64,000 nucleotides of DNA from contig BDGG01000007.1 of the NCBI GenBank assembly GCA_001949185.1, positions 693,401-757,400 on the forward strand, written 5' to 3'. The first letter of the stretch is position 1. Each line of letters opens with the position of its first letter. Below the pieces are notes generated by a model. That model did not search any database. It worked only from the letters and a program-made list of their open reading frames with translations, and was not told the origin of the DNA. This document shows positions 11,131 through 24,432 of this stretch, piece after piece. The position numbers and the translations under genes are program-made. Source of the stretch: Ramazzottius varieornatus (taxonomy: Eukaryota > Animalia > Tardigrada).

Positions 11131-14100
11131 TCATGATGTAGAGTGAGAAACTGAGGCTGAAGAAGCCGCTGAATGGGACAGGGACGACAGCGAAGTCGCC
11201 GAGGAACTCTTCTTTACTGCTTGGCGGGCCTCGTCAGGCAGCCGAGCCGGGTCGCTAAGTATGTGTGTGGTCGTACTCAACTTCCTCATCGACTCTTTTA
11301 TCACTGAAAGAAAAATTAAATTGAGAGCTCGGCAAATAAACTCTAGAATACCGTTTCCCCAACTGGGGCACGTATTCGCCAGTAACACAGGAAACGTGCG
11401 CCACTTAGAAATGGTAACCAAACTCGACAGAATGGTTTTCCCCAGTGGCGCACGCTTTTGCTATTATTGGCTCAGAACGTGCGCCACTTTAAAACGATGC
11501 CGAGTTCATCTGCCTCGGTCCCGATGGTGAGTGACAGACTTCATTTTGTAAGAAGTAGTCTGTACAACTTACGAGGTCGTAGGTGGACGAGGGTGCACTG
11601 TTGATCCACCCAAGAGGAAGTGCTCTGACACAAGTCATCCAAACTGCGTGTAGATACTTGACAGGTATAGCTTTCGAGAAGTGGCTTCATCACGTGAGAG
11701 AACTGCAAACGACATGCTCTTTCAATCAGATGCTCAGACGAACACAGGAGGTACAAATCAATTGAGAGCTCGGTAAACAAACTGGACCAGATCGTTTCTT
11801 TAAGCGGCGCACAATTTCAGCTCACAACAGCGACAACGCGCCACTTGGGAAAACAATCCTGCCTGGTTTCTCAAGTGGCGCAGGCTTTCAGCCAATCACA
11901 CAACAAAAATGCGCCACTTACGAAAGCAAGCTGGTCGACTTCGTTAGCCAAGTTCTCGGTTCGTCGTCTTACCAGCCAGAACTTCCAGTTTTGGAGAGTA
12001 CGTTGACGGATGTACTCGTCCAGCATGTCATTCATACGGTCATTCCGTGCGCGGTTGGCTATGGGTGCACCGGTAGCTGGAAGCTTCTGCTGACATGCCC
12101 TGGAAAGAAGCAAATAAAGATGAGCACCGACTCTGAATTTATACACGGATCACCGTCAAAGAATTACACGACAGCCTGGTTGATGGTGTCAATCTGCTGC
12201 TTCAGCATTTCCATTTCACTATGCATTGCTTTTCGTTCTTCTTTCAACTGTCGAAGGTACTCCGCACCTGTTAGAACCAGGATGAAAAAAGTCAGATTCC
12301 ACAAAGGGTAAAATAAAAGTAATCCGCTGAGATATTTTGATGCTGCTTACCTTTGGATAGTACGACTGCTTTGCTAACTTTGGCTGACGAGCTTTGGGCA
12401 AGGGAAGGCACCAAACTATGCAGGACTTCGAAGCCACTCTTGATGTGCCCGCGACGTTTCTGCTCGGCGGTGATGTGGTTGATTCTTTTGCTGTCCATGC
12501 TCCGCGGGGATTTGTCAAACTCCTCCGCCTTGAACCGAAAACCCGCATCTAAAATTGGGAAAGGAATTGCACACCGGTACTCTCCTCGTAACCCGTTAAG
12601 ACTGACAGTTCCACAGACATTACATACCATGAGTGCTCATAAATTCCAGCTTGGGCACAATCGGTTCCGGACGACTGGGACCGGCATCTTGCTGAACGGA
12701 TCCAGCCTAAAAAATAGACGAAAATGAACCAGACGCCAAAATGGAACAACACTAGAGAAAATGATCAAGCTTACCGTTTTCGGTGCTAGTTTTGTCGAAG
12801 CGGTATTCGCCACAATGGTGCTGACCTGCGAACCTGGCGCAGTTTGGATCTGATGAATCTGAACCGAACTCTGTTGACCAAACGGACTTCCGCCAGTCAG
12901 AAGTTGCGCCAACGACACCTGACTATCCCCCAAGCTGCCATCGAAATTGGTATAATTGGTCGTCGTGCATATCGGTGGTGGTTGCATGCCCCTCCGCGTG
13001 GCCTCCTCCACGGCCTTCACGTTCTTCGTCGACCTCCTACCCTTCACCGGCTGTGATTGCGGCACCACGAACGACTCTTTCGTTCTAGCCATTTTCTTGA
13101 TCGGGCTCGTCTTGACCCCTCCACCGAGCGGCGAAGACGCTAACGGCCTTTTCAGTTCCTCATGACTGGCATTGGTGGCCGAACTTCCGGGCATCTTGAC
13201 AGCCAAGCTCGAATTACTGGCTGAGGTGGGCCGACTCAGCGACCCAGCCAGCGAACTGAGGATAGTCGGGTCGATCAAGGGCTGACCACGCACCGGACCC
13301 GAAAACGACCGCTGCTTCATCTCATTTCCGGTCTGTGCGCCACCAGTGTCTATGACGCCTTGTGGGACACTTTGTGAGACGTGGAGTGTGGGTCGGAGTA
13401 ACTGATTGTACGTGTTTTCAGTCTCATTCTGGTAGTTTGTGTACCTCTGTTGGGTATTGTTTTGTGTAGCATATTGGGTGGACGTGTTGTTGAAATTGGT
13501 AAAAGGTGCCTGTTGTGGTGTTTCAGATGGTGTCTGTTGTTGGGTGTTGGTCAGGTCGGCAATGGTGGGTCGCCAGTAGTTGTTGGAGGGAACCATTGTG
13601 TAGGCTTCGTTGCTCATAGTCAGCATCGAGTTTTCCTGTATAATATTATTTTGCATGTTCTGAGGCATCATACCGGGATTGTCGATGCTGGCGAGACCGT
13701 AGTTGGAGTACTGACTGCCAAAGTTGCTCATCCCACTTGTCGAGAAAAATTCTAAAACCCACAGAACCACCCATTCAGTTCAGTCAGGATTTGCTACCTT
13801 TCAAGCACTATGAACGTGGGATATCCGTCCACAACATAATCGCAGCTCAGCAAACAAACTCAACAAACCCGTTTTCCCAGATGGCGCATGCCTCCAGTCA
13901 GAAAGGCTGGAAGTGCGCGCCGCTTGGAAAATAGCCTTGTCGAGTTTGTTTGCCGATGCCCCAAAATAAATATTCGTCAGCCATTGTTACAACCTTCTGA
14001 ATTTTTGCGTACCTTGTAAAGGCTCCAAAGTGTCCATGAGGTCTTCCAGGGTAGGTTGCATGGCTAAAAGGCCTGGCTGGATGAAATCAGCGTAACCAGC

Positions 14101-15682
14101 TTGGGCTAAACATAAACAAATTTAGCACCAAGTGACTCCTCTGAAGACCAAAAAATAAACTGACAGGATAGTCCTAACCGATTTCACGCGGGTTAGGAAA
14201 GGCAAATGGTTGGGTACTGATGCGAGCCAGGAGAGCGTCGGTGAAGTCGGCCGGGAAAAAATCGTCATTCTCGACGGACATTTCTTCATAGGAAGGCTGT
14301 TGGGTCCAGACAGTATTGTTTAATCCGAAGGGCTCCCCGCGCTCTAACCGTTCGCTATACTCTGCATTGTTCACCTGAAGAGAGGCCCGTAGAATAAACC
14401 GCGAGACTTTGGCGATACACGATTCGTGGATAAAACAGCCGCAAAAAAATATATCCATTTCGAAAGCTGATGATCAGGTTCACAGTCATAGCAGAAGACT
14501 CGCTGAAGACCAGATGAACTTTTTACCCAACAAAGCAAAGAAAGATCAACTTACGCCGGGCCTGAGCGTCTGGCGCTTCTGCGCCACACCGGCAGCTCTG
14601 TCACGATACCATACGCGCCATCGCCGGTACTCTGCCGACACCATGGATAGTCGGCGCTTCCAGTACTTGCCTTCCAGGATCACCGCTTCGTCCTTGGCGT
14701 GAGGATGGGGATCCACTTCGATGGCGAAAGGTGCGATTAGAGGTCGGACTTGCTTCACGACTACAAAGAAAAGCTCCATCAATTCTCCTTCGGTTTTTTC
14801 ACTATTTTGTATTGAAGCGAAACAGAGTCTTCTCACCCAATACTTACACTGCATGTGCCATGCTCTCCATATGATATTATTCAGCCGAATTTTGATGGTC
14901 CAGCGAAGCTTCAGTCCTTTGAAATTGTTCCATTTTGGTGAGGTAAGTTTGGCTCTGGAAGAAAACAGCTGATTCTACAGAAGTAAAGTAACCATAACAA
15001 GTTAAAACCACGCAATGACGTCAACGCTCAACATTCTGTCTACAAACGAATGCGCCTGTTTCTAACCCCAGCAGTCCATTCAACACCAGAGTGAAACGGC
15101 AATCAGCTGATCGAAGGCGTATTGTGACGTCACCAATGTCTCTGTTACTGATGGGCCATGCTGACGTCACCATACCGTTTCTCGATCAGCTGATTCCACT
15201 CGTTGTGTGCATGTTCAATAAATCAATTGGCAATCATGGAGAGTGTTTACTCACTTGTACGCCAGCGTCATGCATTCAAAGAGTTTGCTCAGGGAGGAAT
15301 CGATCACTTTGCGATGGCTGATGTTCAAGGCCGCTCCCATGTCCTTCATAGGATCCGAGTTGGCCCGTTGACGGCCAGGGGGAAGGCTTTCCTTGACTTG
15401 AACGAAGGAAGGTCCAGGTTCAGCCGTACGGAGACCATCTTGTAGACCACTGGCGTCAGCCTGGATGCGTTCAATGTCCACGCCATCCGCATTATCGTCC
15501 TCCTCATCCTGAGGGACATTGCTGACCATGAAATGCCCACTGTGGATAGTCTCCTTGTGGTGGTGGTGGAAGGCATATGATCCAGGCGTCTGCTGCATGA
15601 AGGCTGACGCTGATGTAGCTCCACTTCCGATGGCTCCACGCATCCTCGACACGTTCATCTGTCCACTCATCACCCCCAGCAT
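11131..15682 (-). CDS. MLXIP: MondoA/ChREBP (Mlx-interacting protein) bHLH-ZIP transcription factor, multi-exon
   Basis: Mondo conserved regions IHSGHFMVS, IDSSLSKLFECMTLAY, KLTSPKWNNFKGLKL..IRLNNIIWRAWHMQ, LEGKYWKRR, PFAFPNPREI and ADFIQPGL. bHLH HITAEQKRRGHIKSGF..KVSKAVVLSK. C-terminal RTLQNWKFW and LRP domain. Confidence 0.95.
11325..11523. repeat. Intronic modular palindromic repeat, copy 1 (2 modules)
   Basis: gagctcggcaaataaactc end plus (a)gtggcgcac..gtgcgccactt modules, inside a Mondo intron. Confidence 0.8.
11766..11958. repeat. Intronic modular palindromic repeat, copy 2 (2 modules)
   Basis: Same terminal and module motifs, Mondo intron. Confidence 0.8.
13841..13963. repeat. Intronic modular palindromic repeat, copy 3 (1 module)
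   Basis: gctcagcaaacaaactcaacaa ... ttgtcgagtttgtttgccga termini, Mondo intron. Confidence 0.8.
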
Positions 15683-18600
15683 GATCCCTGGTTAATCTGA
15701 AAACATAAATAATGGTTAAGGAAGCTCAAAGGAAGGCAGAAGATCATCCAAAGTAGGACATTGCTGATGAAGCGCAAAGTCTTCAACTCTTCATCAAGTG
15801 ACATCAACCAGCTGGAAAGGAGCTGTTATCGGTATGGCCTACCGTACCGCCGTCTGTGCTGGCGAAGCCAAGCAGTGAACCACAAGCGGCATTGCCATAC
15901 CGCAATACCAGATAGACTCCGGTTTGAGCTCCACCCTTTTTCGCATCGAATTGTAGGCGATTTTGACATCGTTACGTAAGCTCCGGCTCCACCCACCATA
16001 CAGTACCGTGGACTTACAGCTGCAAAACCTGATGGAAATTCCACCATGACGTTTACCGGTACACTGCCTTCGGCAGGCCCTGGACTCTGATCAAGTTTGC
16101 CACGTTCTTTGACAACAGATCGCGCTGTCGACTGCCGGCAGAGCGAAGTTCTGTGGCACTGATATTTTTGGATTCCACCCATCCGGAAGTCAGTTCTGTC
16201 GCCTTTCTAGTGTGATAACGTTGCTGCTGAAGCACGCTTCAGCGAAGCAAAGTTGATTAGGCTGTACCTTGAGGAGTACGGATTCGACCGAGGTTGGGTC
16301 CGCGGGGACAAATCATAGAAAACCTCCGACCATGTGAAGTTTTCAAGCTGTTTTGAAAATCGAGTTCAGTTGAATTATACACGAACCCCTGACAGTGGTA
16401 ACCACATATACTAGCTTCAAAGTATTGTAATCGTTCTATCCTGAAGTTCTGTCAGGTTGTTTACGATGACCGTCCATTTTTGGGGGGTAACTTTCAAATT
16501 TTGTTTTGAATACCGCTGTTACTCTGTAGTTCCAAAGAATATTCTGAAGCATAGATAGACTTCCTTATTTCTTTGCACACACAAAAGCGAGTACTGTACG
16601 ATCAGACTGGGACAAGAAGGCTGGGGCAGAAAAAGATGGGAAAAGTTTTCGCCCGCACTTCTCTCTTCATTTTAGGATGAGCGTAATCTGACAAAAGGCA
16701 TGATTTGGTGTATCACCTTCAATAAGCAACTATTGCCAAGTCACGAAATTGCAGCACGCCGAAGTGAACCCATGGCGGTTCGTTCGGCAATGCCGAATTG
16801 TCAACTACCACTTTGGCCGGATATTTTGGATGTAGTAACAAAGCACGGTCTTGCTTCTGCTGCCGCGCAGCTGATGTTTGCAATATGGTCTAAAAGAAAC
16901 GTGCCGAGCAAAAATTCTGTCTTGAACGTACCAATGCGGTCCAGTACATCGAATAGTTTTCGGTCTCTAGGCAATTTCGACTGCTTTGCATGGACCTGCC
17001 AGAGGTGAGTCGCATTCTGTAGCAGCTAAGTAAAAAACGCACAGCGTAAAGTTCTATTTACGAGCAGTTTCTGTTTTTCTGACTTAATTCGGTTCATTCA
17101 ATTAATACTGTAGCAGCACTGGCGGCTAGCAGCCACTCGACAGTGTATCTGCAAAACTGACTGGCGTTTTCTGCCGTTTTCCACGGAAATTTCTTCCTAG
17201 CCAGTACATTATTTTTCAGTCAGGCTCCCGGTTGAGCCAGTGCCTTCAAAAAAATTGCAGTCCGAGTTCAAACATTTCTGCATTTACCGGATGGTTCAGA
17301 TTCGTGAAAAGATTTGCCCGGTGGTCAAGAGAAAAACATGAATGTTGGCCGTTTCAAGTTGATAGGTGGCGCACTGTACATCCTTTTTCCAAATTCCGGC
17401 CAATCGAGAAGGTGGGGATTAGTCCTATTTGGTGACGTCCCCCAGGTGCGACCAGTTGAAAAAAAGCGAAAGTAACTTTACCACCTGGTGGAAAAGTGAT
17501 TTTCCCACCTGAAAGCCCGAAATGCGTGGTGCTCGAGGTGTTAACGAAGAATTCTACGTCATCGAGCGTCGGACCGTATCTTCGGATACCGAGGACTCGG
17601 TTCGCTGTACAGAATGAAACAGCACAGGTGCGCTTTTGGAGTGGTTTGAATTAATTTTGTAAGATTGAAAATGGGCAAACCGGTTTCGACAGCACTGTGA
17701 AATTCAGCGTTACTCTTCGAATCCTCGAGCTCCAGTGATACGGAACCGGCACTGACGGGAACTTCCTCTTCCAGCTCTGACAGCATCGGGACTTCATGAC
17801 CCATAATAGGGACAAAATCGTTTGGGACAAAAACCCAAGCGGGTTGTAGTGAGAACGGGGAATTACGGTGGAAAAATTCCGCTGACATCTGAGAACTAGT
17901 GTAAACCGATGGTCAGATTGCTGCATTGACGTGCGCGTAGATCGTTTCTTCTGACGCCCGAGAACCTGGAAAAAGCGGCGGCTGTTAACGTTGCTGGATG
18001 GGCTGCAGTGGTGGCGACTGGCGACGCTCGTCAGGCTAGCGAGCTTTTTAGTGGCGTTAGAGGTGGAGCTACTACGTTCACAGCGGAGGTCGATGGAGGG
18101 AAAGGTCGACGTGAAGGTGCTGGGTTCGCAGCAACTGATCATGAAGGCTGGGAAAGTAGACAAATTTTCTTTTGTCACCCCAGTTGCACTTTGCAGGACT
18201 TTGCATAACAAAACTGGCGGACGCTGTCGCGTTTACGTGGGCCTGTTGTACCAACTGCAGACTGTATCTGTTGAATGAGCAGCAGTTGCGCTGGTGTCAT
18301 CTACGATGTGGGACGGCTCCGGGTGCTGCTCGATTTGACGGGAGTGTCTTGTGGGATGAAGTCAGAGTTTCTTGGACGCAGTATTATTTGCTGGAAAGAA
18401 GAAGAGGACTTGGAGGTTGAATATGGCGAGTTGATCTTCGCCTTAGTTCCTTCGCGACTCGCTGCACATGAAGGAGACTCGTTTGGAACGGATAACCTTT
18501 CTGCATCTTTTGTGAAAGCAAATGGGATGACTTTCGTAATGACCTGTTTCCGAGTTGGTGCCCGGTTGATCCCCCTACGTCAGTTACGAAATTTGTTGTT

Positions 18601-20024
18601 TCACAGTAGAAATCTCTTAGGGAGCCCTTGAGACCGCTTGGTTTTGCCAGCCGGCCTATACCGGACGCCGTTGGCCAACTTTCCGAAGTACACAGAAGCT
18701 GCGACACGCCATACCCTAAACCCGGTGGTCTTTTCCAGCAGGTTTGCACAGGAAGATTTGGTGCGAAGTGGAACGTAGTCGAGGGAAAACAACACCTTCA
18801 AGCAGCCGGTCATTACAAAAAAGTGGCTTCTGTTGGTTAGAGAAGTTCGAGCATTTGATGTACTTCTACGGCCCTACCTCACTTTTCGCTAACTTACAAA
18901 AGTTCGCAGAATCGCAGCGGCAAAAAGTGGCTCGTTCAGGATGTACGTATACGGTTTGATCTTTTAAACCCAAGCATCCAAGCCTGTTTCTGCGGAAACT
19001 GAGACCAAAATAAATGATTTAAGAGGTTCTTCAGAAAGTCAGCTTGCGCTAATCTTACTAGTTCCGTTACTGTAATGCAGATGGTACAGTTTGAATTTCC
19101 AGCGATGCGATGTAGATTATTGTGTAATATTTTTTTTGGCCGAAACAAGTGCTAGCACATCATCCAGAATTATTTTTTGCGATAAGCCAGAGTAAAAAGT
19201 CCGAAATGGATACTGATCATGGTCGCAGCCGTATATCTACCGGTAACATATGGATGCGTAATGCGTTCAAACTTCAAAGATACGTGTGCTCCGCGTGATT
19301 TGAGAAGTGGACGCCATGAGAAGCTTCAACGCTAACGTGGCCCGTGGGACGTTGGAAGAACCCTATGGGTATTGCAAACAATTTGCAGTATGTTATGGAA
19401 AAGGATACTAAAATCCTTAAATGTGTGTTTTAAGAAGTGCGCGCCATAAACAGCTTGAACGCTAACGTGAAGAAATAGTTACTGATTAAAGAACAGCTAT
19501 GTGGCGCAAGTCGCGAAGTTGGCATGCTTGAAGGAGCTATGAATTGGCTCGTTCGGCAATGCCGTATTCGTGAACTGCTGCAGTTTTCCGAGTACCAAGT
19601 CTCAAATGTCACTGAAAAGCCGCGCAGTGGCGTCTGCTGGTCCCTAATCCAGCACGAGCTAACAGAAATTTTCGACTACAGTGCTCGTCTCGATCCAAAT
19701 AATGCATGCGATCGAATGACTTCTGTTTCTGGGCAACTTCGCAGTGCCTCTCTTGCCCAGCACGCGAACCCAGAGATTGTCAATACCGCCGTCCAGTTCA
19801 TTTCGGCGAAAACAAAGAAATCGGCTACGAGTAAAAATAATCCGCTGTAGTACAGTAGCAGCCCATAGGACCTTGACTTTTAGGTAGAACGAAAATGAAT
19901 TGTTCGTTGGTTGTCAGAGTATACGAAGCCTGTATCAAAGAGTTTCGAGGAAGCAACGAAAGAAAATTGACTCTGATTGTTAAGACAAATTGTGTTAAGG
20001 GTATTAGGCCAATTCACCAAGGTT

Positions 20025-21086
20025 TCATTTGGTTGTGGTGGGTTGATCACTTTGAGTAACGCCTGGAGTGACATGGTCGGACCTGAGACCTATCCGATAA
20101 GTGTTGCTGTTCGACGTTATGGTCGTCCCAGTCAGCTGACTGGAGCTAGCTGGGACAGCCGCTCCAACTGTTCCGGAACCAGACATTGCATATGCACCGC
20201 CCGACCCGCTGCCCATCGACGCCATAACTCCGTAAGACGAGGATGAAGATCCGTAACCGCCACTGCTACCACTACCACCACTTCCTCCGCCGTATCCACC
20301 GCCACCACCCCCACCATAACCACTTGAATAATAATCGTCGAATAGCCGTAGATCTTGCCTACAGAGCATCAGGTTACGGTCTAGGTTCGGTAAGACAAGA
20401 ACGGACACAGTCTTCGCTTGCCTGTATATTCTGGGGTTGCTGTAGTCGTAGAATCCGCCCACAGATGGACAGTTCACATTATAGAACCAGTCGCAAATTA
20501 GAGTGATCTGGTTGAAAACTGGGAAAAGGAGTCGGGTTAGCTGGCGACTGTGCTCATTAACGTGCCACGGACTACGGCAAAGATTTTCAGGGGTTACCTG
20601 TGCCGTTTGGGCAGATGTAGGAAAACATGTAGTTGTTGGCTTCACAGCGACGAAAGACTTGACATCGTGTTTCGGGATCAGCATAAAACCCAAACTGACG
20701 AACTTGATTGCAGTTGAAGCTGGTTTGAGGAATATAGCTATACGTTGGGTAGGAAGATCCGGGGTAGGAGTAAGCAAGGACCTGTTGGATTTGAGCTGAA
20801 GTCAGGGGTTCGCTACCGCGCAGTATATCCAGTGCTTGGAAGACCTGGGGCGTTTGAGCGGGAACAGGTGGTCCTGCTTGTCGTTTTACCTGGGAAAGGG
20901 TACAGTCAGGGTACGTTGTACCGAAAATTCAGTATGCCAGTAAGAAGCATCGACAGACGTCTGATGTGTTGAAATACTTACCACAGTACCAGCTTCTGTC
21001 ACGATCGAGATCAGGAAGGGCAGCGCGATGAGGCAAAACACATCCCGGATGGTCAAGCCCGGCGTTGGAAAGGTATGCACCTTCAT
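20025..21086 (-). CDS. Secreted chitin-binding (CBM14/ChtBD2, CPAP1-like) protein with Gly/Ser-rich tail
   Basis: Signal peptide, then VKRQ. Spliced domain YPTYSYIPQTSFNCNQVRQFGFYADPETRCQVFRRCEANNYMFSYICPNGT|VFNQITLICDWFYNVNC has six Cys. GGGY-rich C-terminus. Confidence 0.85.
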
Positions 21087-24000
21087 AGTATTTGGACGGG
21101 TAGGATTTGATACAAGAGAAAATTCCTAACCAATGCCTGGAGCGTTTGACGAATCACGGGAAGTATTCCATGCTGAAATGGTAGCCGCCAGTAGGCGTAG
21201 GCAGTGGTGAAGTAGAGAGTGGTGCGGAACTTCAGCGGATAATTTCAAGGTTTCAGTGGGGAAAATGTGGCCAGGTAGTTTCTGACAGACATGAATGGAA
21301 TATAATGTATGCAACACCGGAAGTGATTTCACGCACTGGGTACTAACTATGAAACAAAACGCTGAGCTCGTTATGCATGCATTTACATAGCGGGCTTTTA
21401 TATCAACGAACTTCCTAGGTGGCGCACTATTGTACCTCGACGTATCCCACTATAGCTTCGATTCATAACGGGGAAGTGTATGACAAAGGGGTTCTTTGGC
21501 TGGTACGTTGGCTGACTTTAGTGTACAATGGTCAGTTTGGCTAGTCCGCTCTGTCGGCTGTCCAGATCCCAGTTGATGAGATCGCGCGGTCAAATGACCA
21601 GATTGTCTCTTTAAGCTCATCATTTTTGTGCACCTTGCCAGTGTCTTCGCATACACATCTGCATGGTACCTCGGTCGGAGTCAATAAATGGCTAACGATT
21701 GACGTGTGGGATTTTCTGTTGACATGAGCAAATACCAGACAAACTATCTCTGTCTACAAGACAAGCTCGCTCTTCTTTGTGATTTTTGATGCGCTCTGGT
21801 TTTGCACTTCCTAGCTTGATAAGCCAGGCTCCGTCACGGTAAGCATGTGTGAGCTTGAAAGTAATCGTTCAACGCGCAAGACCGGGGATTGAAAAATGAC
21901 AGCGAGACTGCAAGTCTAATCCAGCTAACTCCGACAAGCGAGCTACATTGTATCTCGATGTATCTTTATCATCGACCCGAGTCGTTGCAGTGTATTGAAA
22001 CTCATCGAATTTGGCCAGGTAAAGTATGCAGGGCTTCGTGTGGTACCAATTGGCTTATGGGGCCGAAGGAACTAACGACCCTCGGAACTCGGAAAGTGGC
22101 GCTTAGTTCTTGGACAAGAAAGCCGCGGTAGGCGGGGTTCACGTGCGCACATCATGCACGAGGTTTCCTCAATAACCATGTGCGCATGCGCATACGTAGT
22201 TTCGGTAATATTTTTCGGATCTTTTGACAAGAACACCTTCGTCGGAAATACGAAGAGTTACTGAATCAAGGAAGCTGTTTTGCTGCCAAGGACCTTGGTA
22301 CTCGGCTTGAGTACAGTAAAATATGGGGTGCACTTCGTCAGTGGATCGTCTTTAGCCGTGGAAACGTAAAAAATCGGACCGGGTACGTGGGCGGCAGCTG
22401 AATGTACACGTGCGAGTACAAATAGATCGACCAGAGCGCCGCTGTGGGCTACCGGAAGGGCAGTGGATGCTTATCGCGGAAATCGAGCAAGTCAGTTGTA
22501 TCCGATAAGCGCAAGAGGGTGCTGTCGAGTTTATGAACCAACGTGAGAAAGTCTCCGTCTTTTTACACGCTTTCTGTTAATGGCTGGCTTACGGCGTCCA
22601 AAGTCGAGTTAGACGCACCCCTACGGCAGCTTCGCTTCTAATCGCTTCTAATTGAAGCGCCTAACACCGTCTAGATGGACATGCGCGAATGCGGACGCAC
22701 GCCCTGCAGGCAAAGGCCACAAGACTTTTTCACTTCGACTAAGTAAAGCAGGAAGTAGCCGAGCGGAAAGATCAAGTGTCTGTTACTCGCTTGATTGAGC
22801 AGCAACTCCGTAGTCAATCAACGCTTCAAATCTGTACAACGGTTATGGATTGCTCTAATATCAACACACAGCTTTGCTGAAAGCCGCGAACCTCCTGGAT
22901 CGATGAAAGGCAAGCTCATCCAGTCCGATGAGCCTTGTAAATTGATCTTGAACGGAGAACCGTTACAGTAGCATTCTGCTCGTTGACGCCTTCGGATTCC
23001 CGAGAGACTCTGGAACCAGCTCTCACCTCCTGATCCAATCAAACCATCGTCAATTCCCACGTGCACCTAGGAAACTCTTCTATCGATTGCATTTAATTTT
23101 AAACTTCAACGCCCAATGTATAGGAAAATAAAGTCGATCTCGCAATCGATTTGTCATGCAGCAGTGCACACTGTAAAAACCTCTAATGTGTTTTGCAGCT
23201 CGTCAATACATCGTAATGGTAGGGAAGGTTTGTCCCCAAAGTACAAAAACAAGCTGAAGGTCCTTCGACTTGATAGATAATGATAGGCAAAGCTGTAATT
23301 TGGAGCGGCTCCTGGGCGGAAAGTACTATATCCGCACTTAATGGTATACCATCAACTTCTCACTTACGCTGGCTGACATCCTTTTTTGTCGAAAGATTCA
23401 AGAACTTTGCTTAGCGCCCTCAGGAGCGCGACTGTCGAAAGCACCGTACTTTAAGTACTCGAGGTGGAAAAGCGGCCACGTGATCAAAACTATGTTGCTC
23501 AGCGGGCAGAGTTGCACGCGATAGGAAAGGCGACATCGTACTTCCTTGTTTGCCAAATCATTACTTCCATACTGGTGTCAAGTTGCGGTTTGTGTTTTCG
23601 AGCGAAATCACAGTAATTCCTCTTACAGTCTTCCGTCATGTTGTTTTACAGGTCTAGTCTGAAGTGACATGGAGAAAACTGAATGAGACGTGACAGCGTG
23701 CTTTCTCGGAGTAGCTGCAGTAAGCTGCGTAATCGATATTTTGACGACGGAATGGGTACTACTCTGGCGCTACTCTCTCACGCCGCAGCCAGCTGTTTTT
23801 CTTCCACTTACAACTTCGTGTGGTGTGCCCACCCATTGATGATCCAACTGTTTTCCTAACCGAGCTTTCTGCCTTTTAATCGCGCTAGCTGCTCCAATTC
23901 CACGCTTCTCGAAAAAGACGTGAAGCCGGTCTCGCATTTCAATTTTAAACCTCGATTGAGTGACGATAGACGAGCTTGTCAACCGATCAATTACCAACAT

Positions 24001-24432
24001 TACTGCGATCGCAGTAGTGGTGGCAGCGACCACCCCACTTCCAGGCGCACTCGGTCCAACTTAATAAGCCGTGGTGGCATCTACCGCCTGGGACTGCCAC
24101 CACGATTGAGCTCAAGGCCTAACCGTACGGCTTACCATCAGTCTGTTTACCGTGAGAATTTGCCTCAATTTTCTGTTTGAAGGCTTCATTACGCGCGCTG
24201 CCAGTTTTATTTGTCCACCGTGCTGCGCGCGTAACGCGGTCAGAGTTTTCTCCTCATTCTGCTAATCTCCTGCCGACGGAATTGAGATTGCTATTTTCAG
24301 TGCTACTTCCTCGAGCGAAATCGCACTTTCTGATGGTGGAATAATTGGTCCGGCTGGAGGAGCGAGTAGCGCCGTCATCGTACAGCATCCAATGCAGCGG
24401 CAAGCCAACTCCATCCTCTCCCATTTCCCTCC

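Noticed and set aside
17559-18830. Cluster of overlapping ORFs suggesting a gene
   Set aside because: Multiple stops, no recognisable domain or consistent splice chain; possibly an old TE or pseudogene but not supportable.
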